Shown: positions 1 through 8,743 of the stretch, one piece after another
Layout of the letters: each line of letters begins with the position of its first letter
How positions within the stretch are numbered: the stretch's first letter is position 1
DNA from: Coriobacteriales bacterium
Lineage (GTDB): Bacteria; Actinomycetota; Coriobacteriia; Coriobacteriales; UBA8131
NCBI GenBank assembly: GCA_031256715.1
Contig: JAIRQA010000128.1
Location: 1-57,978, forward strand
Direction: 5' to 3'
DNA length: 57,978 nucleotides
The notes under the pieces: generated by a model
Databases searched by the model: none
What the model was told of the DNA's origin: nothing
What the model saw: the letters and a program-made list of their open reading frames with translations, nothing else
Program-made: the position numbers and the translations under genes

Positions 1-1
1 G

Positions 2-1036
2 GCAAAAGGTCGCTGGTTGGCAGTACTAGAATCAGATGATTTTGCCTTGCCAAAAATGCTTGAACTCTTATACAATGCCGCAATTAAGCATCAGGTTCAA
101 GTTGTAAAAGGAAACTGTTGGTTTTATTGGAGCGGAAATAAGCTTAAAGATGCATCAGAGCTTAAGAACGCTTCAGACGTTAAAGTGTTCTCTGAGCTTA
201 AGGACGCTTCAGGCGCTAAAGTGGCCTCTGAGCTTAAGGGCGCTTCAGGCGTTAAAGATAAAAAAACAAGACGATCGCGTGAACGCAAAAAATTTGTGAG
301 TCTTGTGCCGCGCAAACAGACAGGCTATGTTTTAGCGCCATTAAGTGGCAAGATTAAAGATACAGAGATCTTTTTTCTACCACCATCAATCTGGTCTGGT
401 CTTTACGAAGTAGAATTCCTTCGCAACAATAACATCCGCTTTTTAGAAACACCTGGTGCGTCTTATCAGGACACTTCGTTTAACTTCAAGGTTTGGGTAC
501 TTGCAAGTAAAGTAAACTTTATAAGCGAAGCTGTTTTGTATTACCGTCAAGATAATGAGTCATCATCTATGAACTCTAAGGCAAAGGCAGACGCTGTTGT
601 CACAGAGTTTTCCGAGATGAAAAGATTTATTCAAGCTTCAGCCAATGATGCATTTCAAGCGCAAGATAAAAGTAAACCTGAGCTAACACTGACCTTAGAC
701 AACGAGCGCTTAAGTTTGCTTTTAGCGGTTTTACGCAAAATGCAATTTGACACTTATCTTTGGAACTACGAGCGTCTTAAAAGCGATTTGCAGCTTACCT
801 TTCTAAAGTTTTTTGCCAAAGAGTTTCAAGAAACCTGTGATATGCATGCAAAAGAAGAACTCTTGTTTTTTGAGGAGTGGAAGGCTAAAGATATGCAGCT
901 GATTGTTGCAGATCCCGATAATTATCATCGCTTACGTTCAGCAGCTGGTCAGTATTCGCAAAAAGGCAAGCTAGTGCACTACTATCGCCTTGGTGGTTTA
1001 AGGCTTTTGCTTAAAATACTACGCTCAAAACTCTAA
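2..1036 (+). CDS. Glycosyltransferase family 2, 5'-truncated by window edge
   Basis: Open frame from base 2 (AKGRWLAVLESDD, GT-A acidic motif); PSIWSGLY, RFLETPGASYQD and YYRQDNESSS motifs typical of GT2; carries a repeat insertion at 141-257. Confidence 0.85.
   Translation, partial: AKGRWLAVLESDDFALPKMLELLYNAAIKHQVQVVKGNCWFYWSGNKLKDASELKNASDVKVFSELKDASGAKVASELKGASGVKDKKTRRSRERKKFVSLVPRKQTGYVLAPLSGKIKDTEIFFLPPSIWSGLYEVEFLRNNNIRFLETPGASYQDTSFNFKVWVLASKVNFISEAVLYYRQDNESSSMNSKAKADAVVTEFSEMKRFIQASANDAFQAQDKSKPELTLTLDNERLSLLLAVLRKMQFDTYLWNYERLKSDLQLTFLKFFAKEFQETCDMHAKEELLFFEEWKAKDMQLIVADPDNYHRLRSAAGQYSQKGKLVHYYRLGGLRLLLKILRSKL
141..257 (+). repeat. In-frame tandem repeat, 18-bp unit with 36-bp higher-order period
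   Basis: LKDASE/LKNASD/VKVFSE/LKDASG/AKVASE/LKGASG. Confidence 0.9.
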
Positions 1037-1263
1037 GGCAGTACAGAAAACAAGTTCCTATACTTCGTGATCTATATCTTGTAATCTATTTTCAGTAATC
1101 TTTGCGGCTTTTGGCTATGTTTTTTGGCTAATATTCATCGTAATCTAATTTCGTCATCTACTTTTCGCTTCGCCAACACTTATGCTGCAACAAACAAACG
1201 GCGCTTAACACTAAACAAACAATGCGAATAAAGGTGCATCAAAGTAAAGTATTATCTATTGTT

Positions 1264-1292
1264 GCAGGGGGGTGGGGCATCTGCTCCCCTGC
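1264..1292 (+). terminator. GC-rich hairpin between convergent genes (terminator without U-tract, or REP-like element)
   Basis: gcagggg...cccctgc stem; the inner 15 nt pair further using G-U. Confidence 0.55.
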
Positions 1293-1296
1293 GCCA

Positions 1297-1423
1297 AAAC
1301 GCTTATGCATAACAAACTACTTATACCAAAAACGATATTACTAACAAACGCTTATACTCGCAAAATGCTTGTACTCGCAAAATGCTTGTACTAGCAAATG
1401 CTTGTACTAGCAAACGCTTATAC
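1297..1423. repeat. Degenerate 16-17 bp tandem array running into the stop codon of the minus-strand GT
   Basis: caaaatgcttgtactcg / caaatgcttgtactag / caaacgcttatac units. Confidence 0.85.
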
Positions 1424-3847
1424 CGGAGCGCCAAAAAACTTGCGATAGAGCCTGGCAGTAAGCTTAAGTAAAGGATAGCTTCTGCAAGCTAGTCGTAGCA
1501 TCATTTTGCGGTTTTTAGGCATAGATGAAGCCAGCAAGAGATTACGATTTTCGCGTACCATTGTAAGCAATTGCTGCGCAGTAGTGCGTTCATCTAACTC
1601 GCTGCTGCAGCCAAATAGAGCCATCTTTACCAAAAGGGTAAAGGGGGCACGATTTATTTTTAGCTCTGCTAAAGCGCGAAGCTCACCAGACTCCATTTTA
1701 CTTAACTCATCTAAGCGCTCGCAAGCAAACAAAAGATCGAAGTCCTTTTTTCTAAGCGGACTAGATGTGATGCCGGCAACATTAAAGAAATAATAATACT
1801 TGGGAAGGTTGCTAAAGACCATACGTTTGGCATGACTTAACGCTATATATCCAGCGGCAATGTCTTCGTTAATGCGTCCGGCGTCAAAGAGAGCAACCTG
1901 AGGAAAAGATGAGTCGTAGCTGCTGTTTTTCTCGACATTATTATTTGTAAAGCTGTCGGCAGTTGCGTCTATCATTACTGTATGTCTTGCATAAAGTCGC
2001 ATCCAAAAACCGTACTCGTTGCGACGCAGAAATTCTTTAAGGATATCCTTATTTGCAAAAACCTCTTCCTTAGGCTTCACGATAGACATCTGATGTTCAC
2101 TTGAGTTTGCAATCTCATATTTACATTCGGCGATATCGCAATCATGTTTTACTATCAAGCCATAAAGATAGCTATACATATCGCTAGCCAGCCAATCATC
2201 ACTATCTACAAATGCGATATAGCTGCCTTTGGCAATAGCAAGTCCTGTGTTACGAGCCACAGACAGTCCACCGTTTTTTCTGTGTACAACAACAATGCGA
2301 TTATCAATTGCGGCATACTGTTCGCAAATTGTTCCAGAGTCATCGGTTGATCCGTCATCAACTAGAATAATCTGCAAGTTGCGATACGTTTGCGCGAGAA
2401 CAGAATCTATACATCGGCGCAGATAACTTTGAACGTTATAAACAGGAATAATTACCGAGATTAATGGCAGTTTATCTTCTTCTAAATAGTTATTGATTTC
2501 TATAGGTGATAAATAATCTGTCGCTGCACGGGAATTGCATAAAGCATCGGCGTTGCTTGTGGGGCCGCAATAGCTTAAAGAATCGGCGCTGCTTGTAGAG
2601 CCGCAATTGCTTAAAGCATCGGCGTTGCTTGTAGAGCCGGAATTGCTAAAAGCATCAGGCTGCAAATTACTTTTTAAATTAAGAGCTGTGCTGTTATCAG
2701 GCGCTATTAGCTTAACTAAACTGGCGATGCCAATTAATGTAGAGACACCATAACTAACATGAATAAGAAAAAAGATGAGTGGCAATGCAAACACGCGTAA
2801 GTTTTTTTGCGCGCCTACCTTTTGCTTGCCTACCTCTTGTGCGTCTACCTTTTGCTTGCCTACCTCTTGCGCGCCTACCTTTTGCATTGTTAAACAAGCA
2901 CGACAACTCATTACAACTGCCGCAAGAAAATAAGCAAAGAACAAGACAGCTAGCGGCAAAGCGCTAATAGAAAAAAATAGTACAGAGCCAATAAGTAGCG
3001 CTAACACAAAAAACATTGGCACTAAATGCATTAAAGAAATGCAATGTGGACTAATACCTAACGTCCGACCAATCCAAAACCCATTCGCGGATTTTTGCCT
3101 AAGCATACTGCGCAATGACGCGCGGACATATTGTTGCGAACGAATACTGGGATCATAACAAATTTTATAGCCAAAAGACCTAATGCGCCAACTCATATCA
3201 TTGTCCTCGGTGCGCAAAAGGCGTTCATTATAATTGCCAACGTTTGCAAAAACTTCACGGCGATAGCAACCATGAAAAACCGAGTTCACATAGGTTTGCT
3301 TAAGACTTGTGCCTTCTTGTCTGTATTTTGCCGGACTAGACCCAAAGGCCGATTCTTCTGCTAAAAGCAAGACTTCACGCCAAGGCGTTGGCTGCTGCAG
3401 AACTGTAGGACGAGGTCCGCCACAACAGTATTGCTGTTTGACATTGTTACTATTGCTACCATTAAGAACAGATATGCAACTACTAATAAAGTCTTTTGGT
3501 ATCCGCGCATGAGCATCTATGCGCACAAATGCCTCACAACTATAAGCATTTAAAGCAATATTGCAGCCAGAGGCAAGAGATTTACGTGGATTACTAATAA
3601 TTTTTATGTCGAGAAAACCCTGGCGCTTTGTGTCCCCTGAACTTATGCAATCACATACGCTATTCTTAAATGCTAGCATAATAGCATGCGTTTCGTCACT
3701 AGACGCGCTATCTATAAGCAGCAACTCTATTAGTTCATGAGGATAATCTTGTGCAGCAATATCTTTAAGAAGCAGTGGCAAACATCCAGCCTCATTATGA
3801 GCAACAACTACCAGACTAATGGTACTTATAGTAGAAAGTTCAGGCAA
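1418..3847 (-). CDS. Two-domain GT2 fusion: ExoA-like GT2 with TM helices, repeat linker, second GT2 domain
   Basis: N-terminal SLVVVAHNE, RIDAH, RTEDND; hydrophobic helices; second domain ISVIIPVYN, VDDGSTD, FVDSDD. Confidence 0.85.
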   Translation of the reverse strand: MPELSTISTISLVVVAHNEAGCLPLLLKDIAAQDYPHELIELLLIDSASSDETHAIMLAFKNSVCDCISSGDTKRQGFLDIKIISNPRKSLASGCNIALNAYSCEAFVRIDAHARIPKDFISSCISVLNGSNSNNVKQQYCCGGPRPTVLQQPTPWREVLLLAEESAFGSSPAKYRQEGTSLKQTYVNSVFHGCYRREVFANVGNYNERLLRTEDNDMSWRIRSFGYKICYDPSIRSQQYVRASLRSMLRQKSANGFWIGRTLGISPHCISLMHLVPMFFVLALLIGSVLFFSISALPLAVLFFAYFLAAVVMSCRACLTMQKVGAQEVGKQKVDAQEVGKQKVGAQKNLRVFALPLIFFLIHVSYGVSTLIGIASLVKLIAPDNSTALNLKSNLQPDAFSNSGSTSNADALSNCGSTSSADSLSYCGPTSNADALCNSRAATDYLSPIEINNYLEEDKLPLISVIIPVYNVQSYLRRCIDSVLAQTYRNLQIILVDDGSTDDSGTICEQYAAIDNRIVVVHRKNGGLSVARNTGLAIAKGSYIAFVDSDDWLASDMYSYLYGLIVKHDCDIAECKYEIANSSEHQMSIVKPKEEVFANKDILKEFLRRNEYGFWMRLYARHTVMIDATADSFTNNNVEKNSSYDSSFPQVALFDAGRINEDIAAGYIALSHAKRMVFSNLPKYYYFFNVAGITSSPLRKKDFDLLFACERLDELSKMESGELRALAELKINRAPFTLLVKMALFGCSSELDERTTAQQLLTMVRENRNLLLASSMPKNRKMMLRLACRSYPLLKLTARLYRKFFGAPV
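2531..2657 (-). repeat. In-frame 36-bp tandem repeat (about 3.5 copies) in the inter-domain linker
   Basis: DAFSNSGSTSNA/DALSNCGSTSSA/DSLSYCGPTSNA/DALCNS. Confidence 0.9.
2807..2885 (-). repeat. In-frame 30-bp (2x15) tandem repeat between TM helices
   Basis: QKVGAQEVGK/QKVDAQEVGK/QKVGAQ. Confidence 0.9.
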
Positions 3848-4658
3848 CTGTGCCCTCTGTTAGGCACTTTAGAGCATTAAAATCATGCGATGCACGCTCA
3901 CTAATATCTTCTGGCTTAGGCTGGCACTTCAAAACGTTAAAATCCTGTGTCGCGTTCTGCTTAATGGCTTCTGTTATTGGCTGGCACTTCTGGGCATTAT
4001 CAGCATGATCTGAGTCAGCAATAAGACGTTTGCCGACAGGAGACTCAAAAACATCGCGTTGCAGCAGCGCAACGATAAATGTGCGCAAGAAAATGCGCAA
4101 ATCAAGCATGAAGCTGATATTTTTTACGTAATAGATATCTAGTGCCAAGCGGTCGTGCCAGGCAATGGCATTGCGACCATGGGTTTGCGCATAGCCTGTA
4201 AGCCCAGGGCGAACCAGTAGCTTTAAGTGTTCTTCCCCCCGATAAAGCGCAACTTCTTCGGGAAGATCTGGCCTTGGGCCAACAAAACTCATATCGCCTT
4301 TTATAATGTTAATTACCTGTGGAACTTCATCTAAACTGGTTTTACGCAAAAATGCGCCTATGCGTGTTTGGCGAGGGTCATCAGGCGCATTGTACGTCGA
4401 TCCATCTGCCTCTTTAATGTCTGGAGCATTTACACGCATCGAACGGTATTTATGCATCACAAAATAACGTCCATCTTTGCCTACGCGAATAGAATCATAC
4501 ATTGCCGGGCCTGCGTCTTCGCTTCTTATAAGCGGCGCAACAACAAGGTGCTCAACTGCAACAACTGGCAATATTGCAACTCCAAATGCTATGTCTAGGG
4601 CTCTTTTTATGTAACGTGCATAAAAACTGTTATGTGGTTCGCTTCTCAGAATAACCAT
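3840..4658 (-). CDS. Priming phosphoglycosyl (sugar) transferase, Bac_transf family
   Basis: KRALDI, KYRSM, DDPRQTRIGAFLRKTSLDEVPQ, GDMSFVGPRP, PGLTGYAQ; C-terminal extension of 60-bp repeats (ggcactt at 3863, 3923, 3983). Confidence 0.92.
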   Translation of the reverse strand: MVILRSEPHNSFYARYIKRALDIAFGVAILPVVAVEHLVVAPLIRSEDAGPAMYDSIRVGKDGRYFVMHKYRSMRVNAPDIKEADGSTYNAPDDPRQTRIGAFLRKTSLDEVPQVINIIKGDMSFVGPRPDLPEEVALYRGEEHLKLLVRPGLTGYAQTHGRNAIAWHDRLALDIYYVKNISFMLDLRIFLRTFIVALLQRDVFESPVGKRLIADSDHADNAQKCQPITEAIKQNATQDFNVLKCQPKPEDISERASHDFNALKCLTEGTVA

Positions 4659-4773
4659 CCTTTCTTTGCCGCCTTTATTTATCTTATTTTAATCATATAT
4701 TTATCTTTATTGTCTTTGCAATCGACTTAAAATATGGCTTTAACTTTTAAACTTAAACTTTAAAGCTCTAACA

Positions 4774-5997
4774 TTAATTAGTATACGCTTTTAATAATGC
4801 ATCTGCAACAAGATTGATATCGTCATCGTCTAGCAAGGTATGCAGTGGTAGTGTAATTTCGTTAGCGTACTGTTTATAAGCGTTGGGAAAGTCAGCTATG
4901 TTAAAGCCTAGTTTTTTGTAAGCTGTTAGCATGGGCAAAGGTTTATAGTGAACGTTGGTGGGAATGCTTTTACTGGCAAGCTTGGCAATAAGAGCATTAC
5001 GATCTGTCTCGCTAAAGCCATTAATGCGTATTGGGTACAAATGACAACTGGATGCAAAATTCTGGTTAAAATGTGCCAGAGTTTGTATGCTGTCATTATT
5101 TACAAGAGCAGATAATGCGGCATCATAAAGTGAGACCAATTCATGTCTTCTTGTAAGTAAAGCATCATAGCGACTGAGTTGGGCCAATCCCAAAGCTGCC
5201 TGTATATCTGTCATATTGCATTTATATAAAGCCGAAACAATATCGTATTCCCAAAGACCGGCACCTTGCTTAGACAGCGCATCCCTATCTTGTCCGTGCA
5301 ATGAATGCAACATCACCTCATGATAAAGCCATTCGTTGTTAAACGGTGTTGGATTGTCGGGCAACTGGTGCCAAGTTAATGCACCACCCTCGGCTGTTGT
5401 AAGATTTTTTACCGCATGAAAACTGAATGCGGTAAAGTCGGCATGCATACCGCTAGAGCGCCCATCTTTTACTGCTCCTAATGAATGTGCGGCGTCAGCT
5501 ATAACTGGTACTCGCAAGAAATTCTCTTGTAAGGTGCCTTTCGTTGGTGTAAAAAGACTTTTAACTGCGTTAAGTTGTGCTATTAAGCTAGTATAATCGC
5601 AAATAACCCCGGCATAGTCTACGGCAATGACTGCTTTTGTACGAGGCGTAACCAAAGCAGCAAGCGCATCATAGTTCATTTGATAAGAACCTGGCTCAGT
5701 ATCGCATAAGACAGGTGTTGCGCCAACGTGACAGATGACACTTGCCGATGCCGTATAAGTATATGCTGTGGTTATCACCTCGTCGCCGCAACCTATGCCT
5801 AAAATGCGCAACGCAGTCTCTAAAGCAGCTGTCGCCGAAGACAAAGCGGCGACACGCGCAGTGCCAGTGATGTCGCAAAGAGCGGCTTCAAATTCTTTGG
5901 TACGCGGACCTGTGGTTATCCAGCCACTGCGCAAAGCATCTACGACAGCTTGAATCTCGGCCTCGGTGATGTCTGGCGGCGAAAATCCATTAAGCAA
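4774..5997 (-). CDS. DegT/DnrJ/EryC1/StrS family sugar aminotransferase
   Basis: GWITTGP, DAAHSLG, FSFHAVKNLTTAEGG (PLP lysine); TTG start preceded by AGGAAGG. Confidence 0.93.
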   Translation of the reverse strand: MLNGFSPPDITEAEIQAVVDALRSGWITTGPRTKEFEAALCDITGTARVAALSSATAALETALRILGIGCGDEVITTAYTYTASASVICHVGATPVLCDTEPGSYQMNYDALAALVTPRTKAVIAVDYAGVICDYTSLIAQLNAVKSLFTPTKGTLQENFLRVPVIADAAHSLGAVKDGRSSGMHADFTAFSFHAVKNLTTAEGGALTWHQLPDNPTPFNNEWLYHEVMLHSLHGQDRDALSKQGAGLWEYDIVSALYKCNMTDIQAALGLAQLSRYDALLTRRHELVSLYDAALSALVNNDSIQTLAHFNQNFASSCHLYPIRINGFSETDRNALIAKLASKSIPTNVHYKPLPMLTAYKKLGFNIADFPNAYKQYANEITLPLHTLLDDDDINLVADALLKAYTN

Positions 5998-6158
5998 GTT
6001 TAAACCTTCCTAACTAAGCTTGGCTAAATAAAGAGCACTTAGCTTGCGTACGTACGAGGAACAGTAAGCAAGTTATTGTTTTCCAAGCGTCACAAAGCGG
6101 CATTGCAAATGGCGACTTGTGGACGAAGAACCATTAAGCAAGTTATTGTTCTCCAAGC
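5987..6158. repeat. Three spaced copies of taagcaagtt (5991, 6065, 6135); copy 1 contains the DegT-family start codon
   Basis: 6065-6088 vs 6135-6158 match at 23/24; ccattaagcaagtt identical at 5987 and 6131. Confidence 0.8.
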
Positions 6159-6393
6159 TATATTCCAATATGATAAAAATATGGTATCATCTTTAAGCGA
6201 AAAAAGCAGCGTGCGCAAAAACATTGCGCGCATCATGTTTCTGGTCACGCCCCCACCGTCATTGCCTGCTTAAACTGCAAGCTAAACAAAATCGCAATGT
6301 TAAGTTAGCAGCATTAACATTTGCATCTTGTATTAGTAAGGATGTGGCACGAAACCAAAGTATAAACAACTACCATAAGGTCTGAAAAGTAAA

Positions 6394-7182
6394 ATGAGAA
6401 AACAACAAAGCTTTCTGCGCGAGCGTTTTGCCAAGGATAGCTATATAATGACAACTTTGGTGTCTAAGGACTTCAAGCTAAAGTACCGCCGTAGCGTTCT
6501 GGGCGTTGCTTGGAGTGTACTTAACCCACTATTAATGATGGTGGCACTTTCGTTGATTTTCTCACATTTTTTTAGATTTCAAATAGAAAACTTTCCGCTT
6601 TACCTAATCTTAGGCAACACGCTTTTCGACTACGTCTCGCGTTCGACAAACTATGGCATGCTCTCTATTATCGACGCCGCGCCACTCATTAAAAAAATTC
6701 GTGTTAATAAGGCAATCTTTCCTTTAGAGAAAGTTCTCTTTGAGTTATTAAGCTTTGCGATATCTCTAATAGCAGTGGCATTAGTTCTGATCTTCTTTCA
6801 GATTATACCAACAGCAAATATACTCTTTCTGCCTTTGCTAATGCTTTATGTTACTCTCTTTGCATCCGGACTTTCTTTTGCGCTTGCTGCCTTCGCAGTT
6901 TATTTTCGCGATTTGGTTTATCTTTGGGGTGTTGTTGTTTTAGTCTGGATGTATGCGACACCAATCTTTTGGCCTATAGATATGCTTCCAGATTATATGC
7001 AAACTGTTATTCAGTTTAACCCCATGTTTCATTTTGTGACTTATTTTCGCCAGATAGTACTTTGGGGAGACACACCCAGCCTATTTTCTAATCTAATTTG
7101 CCTTGGCATGGGTCTTGCTACCTTTGCGGCTGGCTATCTGATATTTCGCAAGCTACAAAGGAGGTTCATCCTTCATGTCTAA
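6394..7182 (+). CDS. wzm: ABC-2 polysaccharide exporter permease (Wzm/RgpC-like)
   Basis: DFKLKYRRSVLGVAWSVLNPL, YATPIFWP, FNPM; about six hydrophobic segments. Confidence 0.9.
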   Translation: MRKQQSFLRERFAKDSYIMTTLVSKDFKLKYRRSVLGVAWSVLNPLLMMVALSLIFSHFFRFQIENFPLYLILGNTLFDYVSRSTNYGMLSIIDAAPLIKKIRVNKAIFPLEKVLFELLSFAISLIAVALVLIFFQIIPTANILFLPLLMLYVTLFASGLSFALAAFAVYFRDLVYLWGVVVLVWMYATPIFWPIDMLPDYMQTVIQFNPMFHFVTYFRQIVLWGDTPSLFSNLICLGMGLATFAAGYLIFRKLQRRFILHV

Positions 7183-8077
7183 GTCACAGCTTACTAATAA
7201 ACACGCCGTTAAGCCAACGTCTGCTATGAACACTTTACAGAGTATGAACGATAACGATGCAATGTCTTTTAATAGCACTAATCATGCCTCAAATGCTTTA
7301 GCAGAAGTTGCTTGTGCGGGTGCGCCAATTGATGCAAGCCTGCCTGATTACGCTATTCAGATAAAAGATGTTAAAATGGTCTTTAATATGGCCTCAGAGC
7401 AGCTAAATAGCTTAAAAGAATATGTCATAAAGCTTATTAAACGTCAGTTATTCTTTTCTGAGCTATTGGCACTAGATGGTATTAACTTAAACATTCAAAG
7501 AGGCGATGTCTTTGGTATTGTTGGCACCAATGGGTCAGGGAAGTCTACACTACTTAAGATTATTGCCGGAGTGCTTGAACCAACAGAGGGCAGCTGTGTT
7601 GTAAATGGTGTTATTGCTCCTCTTATAGAGCTTGGTGCAGGCTTTGATCTTGAGCTTACAGCTCGCGAAAACATTTATCTTAATGGCTCGTTGTTGGGCT
7701 ACTCTAAATCATTCATTCAAGAAAACTTTGATGATATCGTTAGCTTTGCCGAGATGCATGAATTTTTAGACATGCCAATGAAAAACTATTCTTCTGGAAT
7801 GGTTGCCAGAGTAGCTTTTGCGATAGCCACTGTAATTGTCCCTGATATCCTTATCGTAGATGAAACGCTTTCTGTAGGTGATATGTTTTTTCAGGAGAAA
7901 TGTGAAAGACGCATTCAGGAGCTGATAGACAACGAGCATACTACTGTACTTTTTGTCTCGCATTCTATAGAGCAAGTAGAAAGAATTTGCAAAAAAGCAA
8001 TTTGGATAGACAAGGGACACACACAAATGATTGGCGATGTTAATGATGTCTGTGAAACCTACAAAAACTCACAGTGA
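7175..8077 (+). CDS. wzt: Polysaccharide ABC exporter ATPase (Wzt/RgpD-like), no C-terminal carbohydrate-binding domain, about 55-aa N-terminal extension
   Basis: GTNGSGKST, YSSGMVAR, LIVDE, VSH; overlaps the wzm stop. Confidence 0.9.
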   Translation: MSKSQLTNKHAVKPTSAMNTLQSMNDNDAMSFNSTNHASNALAEVACAGAPIDASLPDYAIQIKDVKMVFNMASEQLNSLKEYVIKLIKRQLFFSELLALDGINLNIQRGDVFGIVGTNGSGKSTLLKIIAGVLEPTEGSCVVNGVIAPLIELGAGFDLELTARENIYLNGSLLGYSKSFIQENFDDIVSFAEMHEFLDMPMKNYSSGMVARVAFAIATVIVPDILIVDETLSVGDMFFQEKCERRIQELIDNEHTTVLFVSHSIEQVERICKKAIWIDKGHTQMIGDVNDVCETYKNSQ

Positions 8078-8137
8078 TGCTTTGTTAAGTCTTTGTGCCG
8101 TTGCAAATAACATGGCACTTGCCACATTTTTTAGCGC

Positions 8138-8243
8138 TTCTCTAACTCGCTAATCTTTGCAAGTCGTTCGCCGCATTAGGAGTACCAACTTAAAACGCTA
8201 TCGCAGTTTCTCTAACTCGCTAATCTTTGCAAGTCGTTCGCCG
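8138..8243. repeat. Perfect 36-bp direct repeat (8138-8173, 8208-8243) around a 34-bp spacer, duplicating the rpiB 3' end
   Basis: ttctctaactcgctaatctttgcaagtcgttcgccg occurs twice. Confidence 0.95.
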
Positions 8244-8641
8244 TGACGCCCGCCTACAAAATCAGTGCCAAAAAATGCATCAATGATCGCCTGATTGTCT
8301 TCAACAGAAATAAATCGTGCAGATAATGCTAGTATATTAGCATCGTTATGTTCTCTTGCAAGTTTGGCAAATTCAGGTGTCGTTACATTTGCGGCTCGAA
8401 TCCCGGCAATCTTATTTGCCGCAATTGACATGCCTATGCCGGTGCCGCAGATTAACACTCCCCCATCTGCCTTGTTGGCCAATATTGCCAGAGCAACTGC
8501 TTGAGCATAATCCGGATAATCCACACGTTCGTCATTAGCAGGTCCAAGATCGCAAACAATGTGCCTCTTTTTTTCTAAGTACTTCACAAGGGCTTGTTTC
8601 TGAAAATAACCAGCATGGTCTGAGGCAATAGCAATTCTCAT
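8198..8641 (-). CDS. rpiB: Ribose-5-phosphate isomerase B
   Basis: IASDHAG, VDYPD, CGTGIGMSIAANK, HNDAN, GGRH; ATG 8641 follows GGAG. Confidence 0.93.
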   Translation of the reverse strand: MRIAIASDHAGYFQKQALVKYLEKKRHIVCDLGPANDERVDYPDYAQAVALAILANKADGGVLICGTGIGMSIAANKIAGIRAANVTTPEFAKLAREHNDANILALSARFISVEDNQAIIDAFFGTDFVGGRHGERLAKISELEKLR

Positions 8642-8743
8642 AGTTGTCTCCAATCCTGCACTTCATAGCGGCTAAAACTAAGTATGAAAGTTAACCGGCT
8701 TTTCATGCTTCACCTTTCTGTCTTTTGCCTGTGTCTTGTTAGC

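Noticed and set aside
8138-8243. Canonical CRISPR array
   Set aside because: Only two copies, one inside rpiB coding sequence; no leader or cas genes; the repeat differs from the other spaced repeats. Kept only as a duplication finding.
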